A DNA stretch of 64,000 nucleotides from Parcubacteria group bacterium. GTDB lineage: Bacteria > Patescibacteriota > Minisyncoccia > Phycocordibacterales > Phycocordibacteraceae. The stretch is taken from positions 399,687 to 463,686 of the forward strand of contig JAQBRE010000002.1 of NCBI GenBank assembly GCA_028286605.1. The letters are read 5' to 3'. Each line of letters begins with the position of its first letter. Positions within the stretch are counted from its first letter, which is position 1. The notes under the pieces are model-generated. The model did not search any database, was not told the origin of the DNA, and saw only the letters and a list, made by a program, of their open reading frames with translations. Positions 16,753 through 26,975 of the stretch are shown here, one piece after another. Position numbers and translations under genes: made by a program.

Positions 16753-18431
16753 TTAGATTTCTTGTGCTGCGACTTCATGTGTCGCGGTGCTTTTTTCGTA
16801 CGTATCTTCACCGGCTTCAAATCTCCCTTAGGAGAAACGGTACCTCGTTCGGATATTTCAAGCGCAACACGGACTTGTCGGCGTGCGAGGCTGGTGCGTG
16901 CGTAGTCTAACCATTTCGCAGTGGGATGCGCTGAAGCGCGCTCAAGAATTTCCACTACGTCGCCGTTTCGAAGCGCGGTATCGAACGATACGAGCTTACT
17001 GTTTACTTTCGCTCCATACATATGATTTCCAAGCTCGCCATGTATCGCATAGGCGAAATCAACTGCCGTTGAGTTGGTGGGAAGGTCTATAACGTCGCCC
17101 TTCGGCGTGAATACGAATACGCGATGCGAGAAGAAGTCTTCACGGAGGCCCTGTACGAAATCTTCGCTTCCTGCGGCTGGGGCATGCGCATCGGCAAGTT
17201 CTGCAAGCCAGCGCGGAGCCGTCTCTACTTTCTTTGCTTTGGGCTTTTCTTTCGATTTAGTGGGCGCAGGCGTAATAGGCGATACGTTCTTGCCGCGTGA
17301 AAGATTAAGAAGGCTCGGCACGAGTCCGCGCATCCATGATAGCGAAAGGCGCTGGAATGCTTGCTTCTGCGCACCGGTACCTAGCTTGCTTGCCGTGTCG
17401 CCAATCTGCTTATACGACATATGCGACGCGATGCCGTACTGGGCGCGCTGATGCATCTCTTCCGTGCGGACCTGCACTTCTACGATGCCCGCGTCGCTGG
17501 TTAGCACGGTGGTATGCAACGACTGATAGCCGTTCGGCTTCGTGAAAGAAATATAGTCTTTGAATTCACCCGGAAGTGGCTTCCAAAGCGAATGGATAAC
17601 GCCGAGCACCACGTAGCAATCATCAACGCTCTGCACTATTACGCGCAGCGCAGCGATGTCATGGATCTTCGTGATGTCGTCGTTCTTGCGCTTCAGTTTC
17701 TGATGTAGGCTCCACAAGCCTTTCATGCGCACGCCCGTACGAAAATTCTTCAGGCCGCGACGTGCGAGCGCATGCTGCAGCTCCTTCTGCACGCGAACCA
17801 ACCCTTCTTCAGTCTCTTTCGTCTGCATCTTACGGAGTTCGAGCACGTGCGCATGCGCGTCCATATCGACGAACGGGAAAGAAAGATCCTCGAGATCTCG
17901 CTTCAGCATTCCCATACCGAGGCGGTCTGCTAGCGGGGCATAGATTTCCAGCGTTTCAAGAGCGATGCGTTCGCGCTTCGCTTCGGGCACGTGCTGGAGC
18001 GTCGTCATATTGTGATACCGATCTGCGAGCTTAATGATGAGCACGCGCACGTCTGCGGAAGTCGCAACGAGCAAGCGGCGCAGGGATTCAGCGTGGCGCT
18101 CTGCGCCACGATACTTATGCTTTCCGAGCTTCGTCACTCCCTCTACCAAAAAGCGCACATCGCTTCCGAATTCCTTTTCAATCTCATCTTCAGTAACGCC
18201 GGTGTCCTCAACCGTATCGTGCAGCAACCCTGCAGCGATAGTGTCCGCGTCCATACCAAGCTCGGCCAAATGCTTCCCAACTGCCGCAGGGTGAAGGAAA
18301 TAGGGCTCGCCAGAATAGCGCTTGTGTTCCTTGTGCGCGTTCTCTGAAAAGGCATACGCTTTGCGTACCAACGCTTCCTCATCCGCAGACGGTTCGCGCA
18401 TTGCTGCCAGAATCTCCTTGACGGTAGTCAT
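16749..18431 (-). CDS. rel: Bifunctional (p)ppGpp synthetase/hydrolase (RelA/SpoT homolog), short form (HD + synthetase + TGS)
   Basis: HD domain (HPAAVGKHLAELGMDADTIAAGLLHDTVEDT), RelA_SpoT synthetase region, and TGS domain (VFVFTPKGDVIDLPTNSTAVDFAYAIH). At 560 aa it lacks a long C-terminal ACT region. Confidence 0.88.
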   Translation of the reverse strand: MTTVKEILAAMREPSADEEALVRKAYAFSENAHKEHKRYSGEPYFLHPAAVGKHLAELGMDADTIAAGLLHDTVEDTGVTEDEIEKEFGSDVRFLVEGVTKLGKHKYRGAERHAESLRRLLVATSADVRVLIIKLADRYHNMTTLQHVPEAKRERIALETLEIYAPLADRLGMGMLKRDLEDLSFPFVDMDAHAHVLELRKMQTKETEEGLVRVQKELQHALARRGLKNFRTGVRMKGLWSLHQKLKRKNDDITKIHDIAALRVIVQSVDDCYVVLGVIHSLWKPLPGEFKDYISFTKPNGYQSLHTTVLTSDAGIVEVQVRTEEMHQRAQYGIASHMSYKQIGDTASKLGTGAQKQAFQRLSLSWMRGLVPSLLNLSRGKNVSPITPAPTKSKEKPKAKKVETAPRWLAELADAHAPAAGSEDFVQGLREDFFSHRVFVFTPKGDVIDLPTNSTAVDFAYAIHGELGNHMYGAKVNSKLVSFDTALRNGDVVEILERASAHPTAKWLDYARTSLARRQVRVALEISERGTVSPKGDLKPVKIRTKKAPRHMKSQHKKSN

Positions 18432-18455
18432 AGCAAGGAGAGTATAGCATTTAGG

Positions 18456-20927
18456 CTATTTCAGATATTCAGCGGCTTCGAGCGGCGTGAGTTCGTCGGC
18501 TTTCTGCGATTCAGGAAGGTAGATGCGACGGAGGCCTTTCTTCAGGAAGAGTCCCTGTTTCGATTTGTAGAGGACGATGGTCTTGCCGGTCTTCGGATGC
18601 TTTCCGACTTCCTGCACGATTTCAACGCCGCGTGGCGGCTGCTTCGGCATCGCAAGTATGGCGAGGGCTTCTTCAAGCGTGATCGTGTACGGATCACCCT
18701 TCTTTATTGAACGGAATTCGCCGTCGTACGCGATGTACGGGCCGAAGCGTCCGGTGTTCGCCATGATCGGCTTTTCAGTTAGCGGATTATTGCCGAGCTC
18801 GCGGGGAAGGGAAAGATACTTCACGGCATCAGCGAGGGTAACGTTCGCAAGGTCTGTTCCTGCAGGAATGCTGGCGCGCTTCACATTGAGCTTCGGCTTC
18901 TTCGCTTTCGCGACACGCTTCTTTGCGACTTTCTTCGCCGTCTTCTTGGCTGATTTCTTTTTCGGAGTCGTTTCTGTCGCTTCGATAGCTTTCTCCACAT
19001 CATCAATAACTTCAGTAGCTGGCTCTTCTGCAGGTGCAGTCTCAAGCGGCATCTCTACGTAGGGACCGAAGCGACCCGTGCGAATGAAAATAGGCTGGCC
19101 TGTTTCAGGATGCGTGCCGATCGGCTCGTCCTGCTTGAGTTCTGTACCGTCTTCCTGGCGCGCGCCGACGCATTCCGGATAGCGGGTGCAGCTCATGAAT
19201 ATGCCGCCACGGCCGAGCTTGAATTCCATCTTCGCACCGCAGATAGGGCACGGGAATTCGTCGGGTACGGCGCCAAGCGAGGTTGCTTTTGGTAGTGATT
19301 CCTTCGAGGCGATCGCTTTCTCGAACGGTCCGTAGAAGGCAGTCATTGTCGGAAGATAGCCGCGTTCGCCGCGTGCGATCTCATCGAGCTCATCTTCCAT
19401 CTCTGCCGTGAAGACGTCTGAAATGTATTCTGCGAAATGCTCTTCGAGCCAGCCAGATACCACCATGCCTGTTGCGGTTGGCGTTAGGGTACGTCCTGTT
19501 TTTTCAACATAGCCGCGATCCTGAATGGTCTTCATCGTGGATGCGTAGGTTGAAGGACGGCCGATGCCGCGCTTTTCCAGTTCCTTGATCAAGCCCGCTT
19601 CGGTGTATCGATTGGGCGGTTCGGTCTGTTTCTCTTCTTCACCGAGCGAGAGGAGCGTGAGCGCTTCGTTTATCTCGAGTTTCGGAAGTTCTACATCTTC
19701 GCCGCGCGCTTTGGTATCGCAGGCGAGCCATCCGGGGAAAAGAATGCGCGAACCGGTCGTGGTGAATGCAGGAATATCTGCCTCTGCCTGCGATGTAACG
19801 GTGGTACGCAATGTACGAGCCGCCTTCATCTGCGAAGCGACCGTACGGCGGCGTATGAGGTCATACAGAGCCTGCTCATCGCCAGGAGCACCTGCCTTTA
19901 CGTTGCCAGGATTCGTCGGACGCACTGCTTCGTGCGCTTCCTGCGCATTCTTGCTCTTCGTCTTATAGATATGGCGTTCTGCATATTCTTTTCCGAACTC
20001 GCTTTCTGCTACGGAAAGAAGTTTCTCGATAGCATCCATGCCGAGGTTCACGGAGTCTGTACGCATGTACGTGATGTGTCCGGCTTCGTACAGCTTCTGC
20101 GCGGCACGCATAGTGCGCGAAGGCGAGAAGCCGAGACGGGTAGAAGCAGACTGCTGCAGGGTTGAAGTGGTGAATGGGGCACGCGGAACGCGTTCTTCCT
20201 CACGCTCCTTGATGTCTGCGATCTTCCACTTAGACTCACGGCCGAGCTTCACGATTCGCTCTGCTTCTTCGCGGGTTGCTGGCTGCTCCACGCACTTCGC
20301 CAGGAACTCTGCACCGCTCTTCGCTTTGAGCATCGCTTCGAGTACGAAATAGGTGACCGGGATAAATGCTTTTATTTCGCGCTCACGTTCCGCAAGGATT
20401 CGAAGCGCTGGGGATTGCACGCGGCCAGCTGAAAGGCCATAGCGCACCTTCTTCCAGATGAGTCCCGAAAGATCGTAGCCCACGATGCGGTCCAGCACGC
20501 GGCGCGCCTCCTGCGCTTCGCGCAGATTCTCATCTATCAAGCGCGGATGCGCGAGCGCTTCTTCCACCGCAGCCTTGGTAATTTCATGAAAGACCACACG
20601 CTTCGGTTTCTTCAAGCCCACAGCCTGCTGGATGTGCCAGGCAATCGCTTCGCCTTCGCGGTCGGGGTCTGTCGCAAGAAAGATATCGCTTGCCCGGGCT
20701 GCTGCCTTCTGGATCTTCTCGATAACCTCGCGCTTGTCTGCGTTGATGACGTAGCGGGGAATGAAGCCGCCTTCGATGTCGACGGCGTCCTTATTGGTTT
20801 TAGGGAGGTCTCGTACGTGGCCTACGGAAGCAAGCACCTCGTATTCATTCCCGAGGTACTGCTGAATAGTCCGAGCCTTCGCCGGAGATTCCACTATGAG
20901 AAGTTTTTTGCCAGTTGCTGATGCCAT
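18456..20927 (-). CDS. topA: DNA topoisomerase I
   Basis: N-terminal TOPRIM (KKLLIVESPAKARTIQQYLG...VGHVRDL), the Topo IA core, a C-terminal Zn ribbon (CPICGAKMEF...CTRYPEC), and a Lys-rich tail. Confidence 0.92.
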   Translation of the reverse strand: MASATGKKLLIVESPAKARTIQQYLGNEYEVLASVGHVRDLPKTNKDAVDIEGGFIPRYVINADKREVIEKIQKAAARASDIFLATDPDREGEAIAWHIQQAVGLKKPKRVVFHEITKAAVEEALAHPRLIDENLREAQEARRVLDRIVGYDLSGLIWKKVRYGLSAGRVQSPALRILAEREREIKAFIPVTYFVLEAMLKAKSGAEFLAKCVEQPATREEAERIVKLGRESKWKIADIKEREEERVPRAPFTTSTLQQSASTRLGFSPSRTMRAAQKLYEAGHITYMRTDSVNLGMDAIEKLLSVAESEFGKEYAERHIYKTKSKNAQEAHEAVRPTNPGNVKAGAPGDEQALYDLIRRRTVASQMKAARTLRTTVTSQAEADIPAFTTTGSRILFPGWLACDTKARGEDVELPKLEINEALTLLSLGEEEKQTEPPNRYTEAGLIKELEKRGIGRPSTYASTMKTIQDRGYVEKTGRTLTPTATGMVVSGWLEEHFAEYISDVFTAEMEDELDEIARGERGYLPTMTAFYGPFEKAIASKESLPKATSLGAVPDEFPCPICGAKMEFKLGRGGIFMSCTRYPECVGARQEDGTELKQDEPIGTHPETGQPIFIRTGRFGPYVEMPLETAPAEEPATEVIDDVEKAIEATETTPKKKSAKKTAKKVAKKRVAKAKKPKLNVKRASIPAGTDLANVTLADAVKYLSLPRELGNNPLTEKPIMANTGRFGPYIAYDGEFRSIKKGDPYTITLEEALAILAMPKQPPRGVEIVQEVGKHPKTGKTIVLYKSKQGLFLKKGLRRIYLPESQKADELTPLEAAEYLK

Positions 20928-20977
20928 AAAGCTAACTCATACCGCGCATACCTATATATGGTCAAGCGGTGCATACC

Positions 20978-21859
20978 TTATATACGGTGCCAGGTACCGA
21001 ATCGTTCTGTTATAAAACCCTGTAATTCTAAGGCGCTTAGGGCTGAAAGCACTTCGTGCGTTCGCATATTTGCGCGACGAATCAAATCGTCGCGCGAACA
21101 CGGCTCTGCAAGCAGTTCGTACAGGATTCGTTCGGTCTCTGAAAGAAGCGGGAGCGCGTGCTGCGCAATATCTTCAGGTGTTTCCGGAATGGCGATACCG
21201 AGCGCTTCTAGTATGTGCGCCGGCTCGCTCACGAGCATTGCGCCGAGGCGCAGGAACTGATGCGAGCCGGCACTGTGCACTCCTTTAATAGGATGCGGCA
21301 CGCACAGCAAATCCCGATTATAATCTGCAGCCAATCGTGCGGTTATGAGCGTTCCGGATTTCTCACCCGCCTCAATCATAAGCACCGCCTGCGATATCCC
21401 GACCATAATTCGATTACGCGAAGGGAAATCATACTGCCGCGCAGCGTGGTCTGGCGGATGTTCTGAAAGCAGCGCGCCGCCCGCATCCAGAATCTTCTGT
21501 GCGAGGTCTCTATTCGATCGCGGATACAGGACGTGATCACCTAAGCCGGAACCAGGAATCGCGACCGTGTGCAATCCGTTAGCGAGCGCTGCACGATGCG
21601 CACAGGCGTCGGCGCCGAGGGCTAAACCAGAAACGATAGAGATGTTGTAGCCCGATAATCCTGCAATCAAGTATTCGCATGATTCACGCCCGTACCGAGT
21701 GAGTGCCCGTGAACCTACGACCGCAAGCAGCTTCGTTTCAGGAGAAGGCAATGTGCCCCGCAGCCATAGCTTTTTCGGTGGCTGCGGTATTTCCAGCAGT
21801 TGGGGTGGCAATGAATCTGATTCAATGGTGGTGATTTCCATGCCACTAAGTATGCACAT
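20978..21859 (-). CDS. dprA: DNA processing protein DprA (Smf)
   Basis: Rossmann-like DprA core: AVVGSRALTRYGRE...SGLALGADACAHRAALANG...TVAIPGSGL...GTLITARLAADYNRDL. The start could alternatively be 21841. Confidence 0.85.
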   Translation of the reverse strand: MCILSGMEITTIESDSLPPQLLEIPQPPKKLWLRGTLPSPETKLLAVVGSRALTRYGRESCEYLIAGLSGYNISIVSGLALGADACAHRAALANGLHTVAIPGSGLGDHVLYPRSNRDLAQKILDAGGALLSEHPPDHAARQYDFPSRNRIMVGISQAVLMIEAGEKSGTLITARLAADYNRDLLCVPHPIKGVHSAGSHQFLRLGAMLVSEPAHILEALGIAIPETPEDIAQHALPLLSETERILYELLAEPCSRDDLIRRANMRTHEVLSALSALELQGFITERFGTWHRI

Positions 21860-21873
21860 TGGTGGTAGGAGAA

Positions 21874-21917
21874 AGATAAAGGCGCGCTAGATTCTTTATG
21901 AATCTTGCGCGCCCTTG
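21874..21917 (-). terminator. Terminator hairpin for the minus-strand hypothetical gene (21930-22292)
   Basis: aaggcgcgc...gcgcgccctt stem with a nested agattc/gaatct. On the minus strand it is followed by a T-rich run. Confidence 0.5.
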
Positions 21918-21929
21918 TCCACCGATGAA

Positions 21930-22292
21930 CTATTTGAATCCGAGAGCCTTTCTGAAGTACGAGTTTTTCATAACGTGCTGCACCCGTGATTGGTCCTCCG
22001 TAACGACCGTGAGGACTTCGGCGGCGACGCTCTCTCGAAGCGAATCGCACACCCCGAGTTCGTGATAAACGAACAGTATCCGCGTCACATGACGCATGAT
22101 TTCTATCTGTTCGCTGGTGGCGCTGTCAAAGCGCGTGAGCGCTTTGTGCACCTGACCCCGCAACGCGCTCTCTGGCGGTTTTGGTTCCGGAGGCTTTGCG
22201 TAAAGCCTGCTTCTTGCCGTATTCATGTACTGCCCCTTCTGCTTAAAGTCTTCCGCAAGCACTATACTCTCTCTTTCCGGAAGCGCATCCAT
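21930..22292 (-). CDS. Hypothetical protein. The start is uncertain, because longer forms would overlap the divergent serS start.
   Basis: About 120 aa from MDALPERESIV... No recognisable domain. Weak call. Confidence 0.35.
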   Translation of the reverse strand: MDALPERESIVLAEDFKQKGQYMNTARSRLYAKPPEPKPPESALRGQVHKALTRFDSATSEQIEIMRHVTRILFVYHELGVCDSLRESVAAEVLTVVTEDQSRVQHVMKNSYFRKALGFK

Positions 22293-22311
22293 GTCGTAGA
22301 ATGCGGAGAAC

Positions 22312-23580
22312 ATGTTAGATATCAATTTCATCCGCGAGAATGCCGACGTCGTGAAGGCAGGGGCCGCTAAGAAGCTCATTGAGGTGGATATCGATCGCCT
22401 TCTTTCGCTCGATTCGGAGCGTAAGATGCTGCGTCAGAAGCTGGATGACGGCAAGGCGGAACAGAACCGCATGAGCGCGACTATTGCGAAAGCGGAAGGC
22501 GATCAGCGTACCGAATACATCGAACGCATGCGCGCGGTGAAGGACGGTTTGACCGAAACAGAAGAGCAGTACGAAAAAGTGCTCGCGGAATGGCAGCTGC
22601 TCATGCTCACCGTCCCGAACATCCCAGACATGACTGTGCCGGAAGGCGAGAGCGATGCGGATAATCAGGAAGTGAAGAAATGGGGAGAAGCGCCGACGTT
22701 CGCGTTCACGCCGAAGGATCATATCGAACTCATGACGGCGAGTGGCATGGCAGATTTCGAACGCGGCGCGAAGGTTGCCGGTTTCCGCGGATACTTCCTG
22801 AAGGGTGATGGAGTACTGCTTGCGAATGCCGTTTCGCAGCTCGCACTGAATCACTTCGTCGGAAAAGGATTCGAACCGATGATGGTGCCGTCGCTCGTTC
22901 GTCGCGAAACGTTCCTTGGCACAGGGTATCTGCCGCAGGGAGAGGAAGATTTATATAAGACGCAGGATGGCGAGTATCTAGCTGGTACGGGCGAGGTGGC
23001 GACGATGGGATACTACATGGACGAAACGCTCGAGGCGAGCGACCTGCCGAAGAAGTTCGTTTCGTATTCGCCTTGTTTCCGTCGTGAGGCAGGAAGCCAT
23101 AGTAAGGACACGAAGGGATTGATCCGTGTGCATGAGTTCTTCAAGTGGGAGCAGGTCGTGCTTGCAGAAGCTTCGCACGAAGGTTCTGTGCAGCTGCACG
23201 AGGAGCTCACCGCGAATGCAGAGGAATTTCTGCAGAAGCTCGGCCTTGCGTATCGCGTAGTGGTGAACTGCGGCGGCGATCTTGGTTTGGGACAGGTGAA
23301 GAAATATGACATCGAAGCGTGGCTTCCTTCGCAGGAAACGTATCGTGAGACGCATTCTTCTTCATACTTCCATGATTTCCAGACGCGCCGTCTGAACATC
23401 CGCTATCGCGACAAAAATGGAAAGATGGCCTTTGCGCACTCGCTCAACAACACTGCAGTAGCTATGCCGCGCATACTCACGATGCTCGTTGAGAATTATC
23501 AGCAGGAAGACGGCACGATTCGCGTTCCTGAGGCATTAGTCCCGTATGTCGGAAAGGAAATCCTGGGACGTCGTCCGTAA
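22312..23580 (+). CDS. serS: Serine--tRNA ligase
   Basis: MLDINFIRENADVV N-terminus, the coiled-coil arm, and class II aaRS motifs (FRREAGSHSKDTKGLIRVHEF; GLGQVKKYDIEAWLP). Confidence 0.92.
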   Translation: MLDINFIRENADVVKAGAAKKLIEVDIDRLLSLDSERKMLRQKLDDGKAEQNRMSATIAKAEGDQRTEYIERMRAVKDGLTETEEQYEKVLAEWQLLMLTVPNIPDMTVPEGESDADNQEVKKWGEAPTFAFTPKDHIELMTASGMADFERGAKVAGFRGYFLKGDGVLLANAVSQLALNHFVGKGFEPMMVPSLVRRETFLGTGYLPQGEEDLYKTQDGEYLAGTGEVATMGYYMDETLEASDLPKKFVSYSPCFRREAGSHSKDTKGLIRVHEFFKWEQVVLAEASHEGSVQLHEELTANAEEFLQKLGLAYRVVVNCGGDLGLGQVKKYDIEAWLPSQETYRETHSSSYFHDFQTRRLNIRYRDKNGKMAFAHSLNNTAVAMPRILTMLVENYQQEDGTIRVPEALVPYVGKEILGRRP

Positions 23581-24517
23581 GCCGGTGCAGGCGCGGCCTG
23601 CGGCCGCGCCTGAAGAAACCGGCCATCCCGTCGCTACTCATGCGCCGAAGCTTTCTAATGGCCCGCGTCGCGGCACGAAGAAGCCAGCACCTGCACGACC
23701 GCTTCGCGAGAAGCGTAAGAAGCAGGAACGCTTCTATCAAGTCTTTTTAATACTGTTGCTGCTTGCGCTCGTTGCGGGTGCGTTTTATCTTTTGTGGCTG
23801 CCAGCGCTTCGGGTAAATACGATAGATGCGCAAGGTCCTGATGCAGATGGTGGGAAGCAGATAACAGCGAGCGTGATTGAAGGAACCTACTGGTATGTCT
23901 TTCCGCGCAATTCTATATTCATGCTACCGGAATCAGATATACGCGCACCAATCCTTAAGCAGTACCCGGACATCGAAGCCATTTCTATAAAGTCTACATC
24001 GCTGCATGGTATCGACATCATCGCCACGCCACGCCAGGCTGCGTTCATATGGTGCGGCGTGTCGGTAAATGCGCTTGACGCGAACGGTTCATGCTTTGAT
24101 GCCGATGCAGACGGACTTCTCTTCGCTCCCTCAGACCCATCACTCGTGAATGCAAGTTCCACGCTGCGCATTTTCGCACCGCTTGATCGCGATGTGGCGA
24201 TAGACAGTTCTCCGGTACGCGCGCACGTGGTCGCGTCGAAACAGATTCCTGATGCGCTTCGCTTAGTGAAAGCACTCCGCGATCTTGGTGCGCCGGTTAC
24301 ATCTCTTTCTATACAAGGAGACGAAGGTGATCTGTATCTGAATGGCAAGACGAGGGTGTTGTATGTGCTTGGTCACGAGGAACAGGCGGCTGAACTTGCG
24401 GCAAGCACGTTCCCGACCCTTAACCTTATGGACGGCACCATTGATTACGTAGACCTTCGCTTCGTAAGCGAACCGAACCAGCCGGGGAAGGTCTACGTGA
24501 AAAGATTCGGACAATAA
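23546..24517 (+). CDS. FtsQ/DivIB-like cell division protein (POTRA-containing). Tentative.
   Basis: Basic cytoplasmic N-terminus, a single TM (FYQVFLILLLLALVAGAFYLLWL), then LRVNTIDAQG... (POTRA-like) and a beta-rich C-terminus. It overlaps the serS 3' end. Confidence 0.55.
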   Translation: MSERKSWDVVRKPVQARPAAAPEETGHPVATHAPKLSNGPRRGTKKPAPARPLREKRKKQERFYQVFLILLLLALVAGAFYLLWLPALRVNTIDAQGPDADGGKQITASVIEGTYWYVFPRNSIFMLPESDIRAPILKQYPDIEAISIKSTSLHGIDIIATPRQAAFIWCGVSVNALDANGSCFDADADGLLFAPSDPSLVNASSTLRIFAPLDRDVAIDSSPVRAHVVASKQIPDALRLVKALRDLGAPVTSLSIQGDEGDLYLNGKTRVLYVLGHEEQAAELAASTFPTLNLMDGTIDYVDLRFVSEPNQPGKVYVKRFGQ

Positions 24518-24531
24518 GGTACTGTCCCAGT

Positions 24532-25527
24532 ATGGAATCGTTCTGGAAAAACCTACCGAAGCCCTTCTTCGGACTCGCGCCTCTGGCGGATGTAACAGAC
24601 CCTGCGTTTCGCAGATTAGTCAGCGAATACGGAAAGCCCGACGTGATGTGGACGGAATTCGTTTCGGCGGACGGCTTGTATCACACACGCGAAAAGAAAG
24701 GCATGAAGGACGAAGAGAATCCGCTCTTCCGCGACTTCGGCTACACCGAAGGTGAACGGCCGATCGTCGCCCAGATATTTTCCAGTACGCCGGAGATGAT
24801 CGAATATGCCTCGGAGCTTGCTGCGAAGCTTGGGTTCGATGGAGTGGACATAAACATGGGATGCCCGGATAAATCCATCGAGAAGCAGGGAGCCGGTGCA
24901 GCAATGATAAAGACTCCGGAGCTGGTGGCACCGATAGTGGAAGCCGCGCGCCGCGGAGCGGCGCGCGGCAAAGAAGGCGGCCTTCCCATTTCAATAAAGA
25001 CTCGCATCGGCTACAACCAGGAAATCATGGATACGTGGCTTCCCGTAGTTCTCGCTGCAAAACCTGATGCTCTTACCGTGCACCTGCGCACGCGCAAAGA
25101 GATGTCGCTCGTAGATGCGCACTGGGAACTGATGGCGCGCGCGGTGCAGCTCAGGAATGAACACAGTCCTGAAACGATAATCCTTGGCAACGGAGATGTG
25201 AAGGATCTTGCTGATGCGCGAGCAAAAGCAGAAGCGACCGGTGCAGACGGTATCATGCTCGGTCGGGCGGTCTTCGGAAACCCGTGGCTCTTCACTGAGC
25301 GTGCATCCGAAACCATCTCGCCGCGTGAACGTGTCGAAGCATTGCAGAAGCTCACCACCTATTTCAGCGACCTTCGTCCTGCAAAGTCTGCGCACCTCCT
25401 CAAGAAGCATTTCAAGTCGTTCATAACCGGCTGGCCTGAAGCATCGAAGCTCCGATCAAAGCTCATGGACGCGCCATCGCTCGAGGCTTTGAACGAAATT
25501 CTCTCGGAAGAGCTCACCCTGCTATAA
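24532..25527 (+). CDS. tRNA-dihydrouridine synthase (Dus family)
   Basis: GLAPLADVTDPAFRRL, DINMGCP and ISIKTRIG motifs of the TIM-barrel Dus enzymes. Confidence 0.88.
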   Translation: MESFWKNLPKPFFGLAPLADVTDPAFRRLVSEYGKPDVMWTEFVSADGLYHTREKKGMKDEENPLFRDFGYTEGERPIVAQIFSSTPEMIEYASELAAKLGFDGVDINMGCPDKSIEKQGAGAAMIKTPELVAPIVEAARRGAARGKEGGLPISIKTRIGYNQEIMDTWLPVVLAAKPDALTVHLRTRKEMSLVDAHWELMARAVQLRNEHSPETIILGNGDVKDLADARAKAEATGADGIMLGRAVFGNPWLFTERASETISPRERVEALQKLTTYFSDLRPAKSAHLLKKHFKSFITGWPEASKLRSKLMDAPSLEALNEILSEELTLL

Positions 25528-25534
25528 TCACTAT

Positions 25535-26563
25535 ATGCATCAGTCCCTGTATCGAAAATATCGTCCGCATACCTTCAAGGATGTCGCCGGACAGGATCAG
25601 GTTATCGTACCGCTCCTGGCACAGATAGAAGGAAAGACCGTCGGGCATGCGTACCTCTTCGCCGGCTCACGCGGCCTCGGAAAGACGTCTATCGCACGCA
25701 TCTTTGCACGCGAGCTCGGCACGAAGGATTCCGATCTCTATGAGATAGACGCCGCATCGAACAATAGCGTGGACGATATCCGTGCGCTCACTGAAAACGT
25801 GTACACGCTTCCATTCGCGTCGCCCTATAAGGTCTACATTCTGGACGAAGCGCACATGCTTTCGAAAGGCGCGTGGAATGCATTCCTGAAGACGCTCGAG
25901 GAACCTCCTGCGCATGCGCTTTTCATACTTGCCACCACAGAGCTCGATAAAGTTCCTGAAACGGTGCAATCTCGCTGTCAGGTATTTCAATTCCGTAAGC
26001 CGACGCGCACCGGGCTCGCATCGCTCGTTTCTGATATCGCAAAGAAAGAAGGCTATACGATGGAACCGGCTGCAGCAGACCTCGTTTCGCTCATGGGAGA
26101 CAACTCATATCGCGATGCGCTTTCCGTTCTTGAAAAAGTGCTTGCATCAGCGTCAGGCAAGAAGCTCACACTCGAAGAAGTGGAGCAGGCAACTGGCGCA
26201 CCTAAGCATGCACTCGTGCACGCGCTCATAACAGCGCTCTCGGAAGGGAATCAGGAAGCAGCACTTACCGCTATCGGTAATGCGAACACTGCTGAAGTGA
26301 ACATGTCGCTGTATCTCACGCTCGTGCTTGAACGCATGCGTCTTATCCTGCTCGCTCGCCACGCACCCGAGACGCGCAAAGATATAAAAGAAGAGCTTGG
26401 TGCTGAAGATTATGCAGAAATCGAAACAGTAGCAGCAAACAAAGAATCAAAACTTACGCACCAGACGCTCCGCATCTTCCTTGAAGCAGCGAGCCGTATG
26501 CGATTCTCTCCTATTCCATCGCTTCCGCTTGAACTCGCGGTACTTGAACTCGCCACAACTTAG
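25535..26563 (+). CDS. dnaX: DNA polymerase III subunit gamma/tau (short form)
   Basis: YRKYRPHTFKDVAGQDQVI, Walker A GSRGLGKTSIARIFAREL, YILDEAHML and the SRC motif TVQSRCQVFQFRKP. It has only 342 aa and no tau C-terminal domains. Confidence 0.85.
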   Translation: MHQSLYRKYRPHTFKDVAGQDQVIVPLLAQIEGKTVGHAYLFAGSRGLGKTSIARIFARELGTKDSDLYEIDAASNNSVDDIRALTENVYTLPFASPYKVYILDEAHMLSKGAWNAFLKTLEEPPAHALFILATTELDKVPETVQSRCQVFQFRKPTRTGLASLVSDIAKKEGYTMEPAAADLVSLMGDNSYRDALSVLEKVLASASGKKLTLEEVEQATGAPKHALVHALITALSEGNQEAALTAIGNANTAEVNMSLYLTLVLERMRLILLARHAPETRKDIKEELGAEDYAEIETVAANKESKLTHQTLRIFLEAASRMRFSPIPSLPLELAVLELATT

Positions 26564-26877
26564 CGTTGCCCTAACAGGTTTCCGCTCGTATGTATCGTCT
26601 GTATTTCCGCATGCGGTCGCGGGGTGATCTGATAGTTCGCCTGTACGTAGCAAAGATCACGCCGAAGCTCGCGAGCAGCGATCCGCTCCTTATCGGTAAC
26701 TCCTTCTGATTCGCATCGCTCGAGTGCCTCCTCTACGAATCCCATCATGGTAGCCAGGAAAGCGAAATAGTCGCCGGCTTGAATATGGAAATCAATATGC
26801 GCAGGCGAGTCGTTAAGCATGAGCGTACTTGAAGAAGTTTTGTACATAGGTTCAGTGTAGTAATCATAGTGGCCCAC
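26560..26877 (-). CDS. Hypothetical protein
   Basis: 105-aa ORF overlapping the dnaX stop by 4 nt. No recognisable domain. Confidence 0.4.
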   Translation of the reverse strand: MGHYDYYTEPMYKTSSSTLMLNDSPAHIDFHIQAGDYFAFLATMMGFVEEALERCESEGVTDKERIAARELRRDLCYVQANYQITPRPHAEIQTIHTSGNLLGQR

Positions 26878-26975
26878 GCACTACGAATTGCCTAGGGACA
26901 ACGCACGTTCTTCTTCATATTTTCTGTATTTTTCTCTTAATTTCTTCATATCTTAAATCAGTACAATAGGCACTG

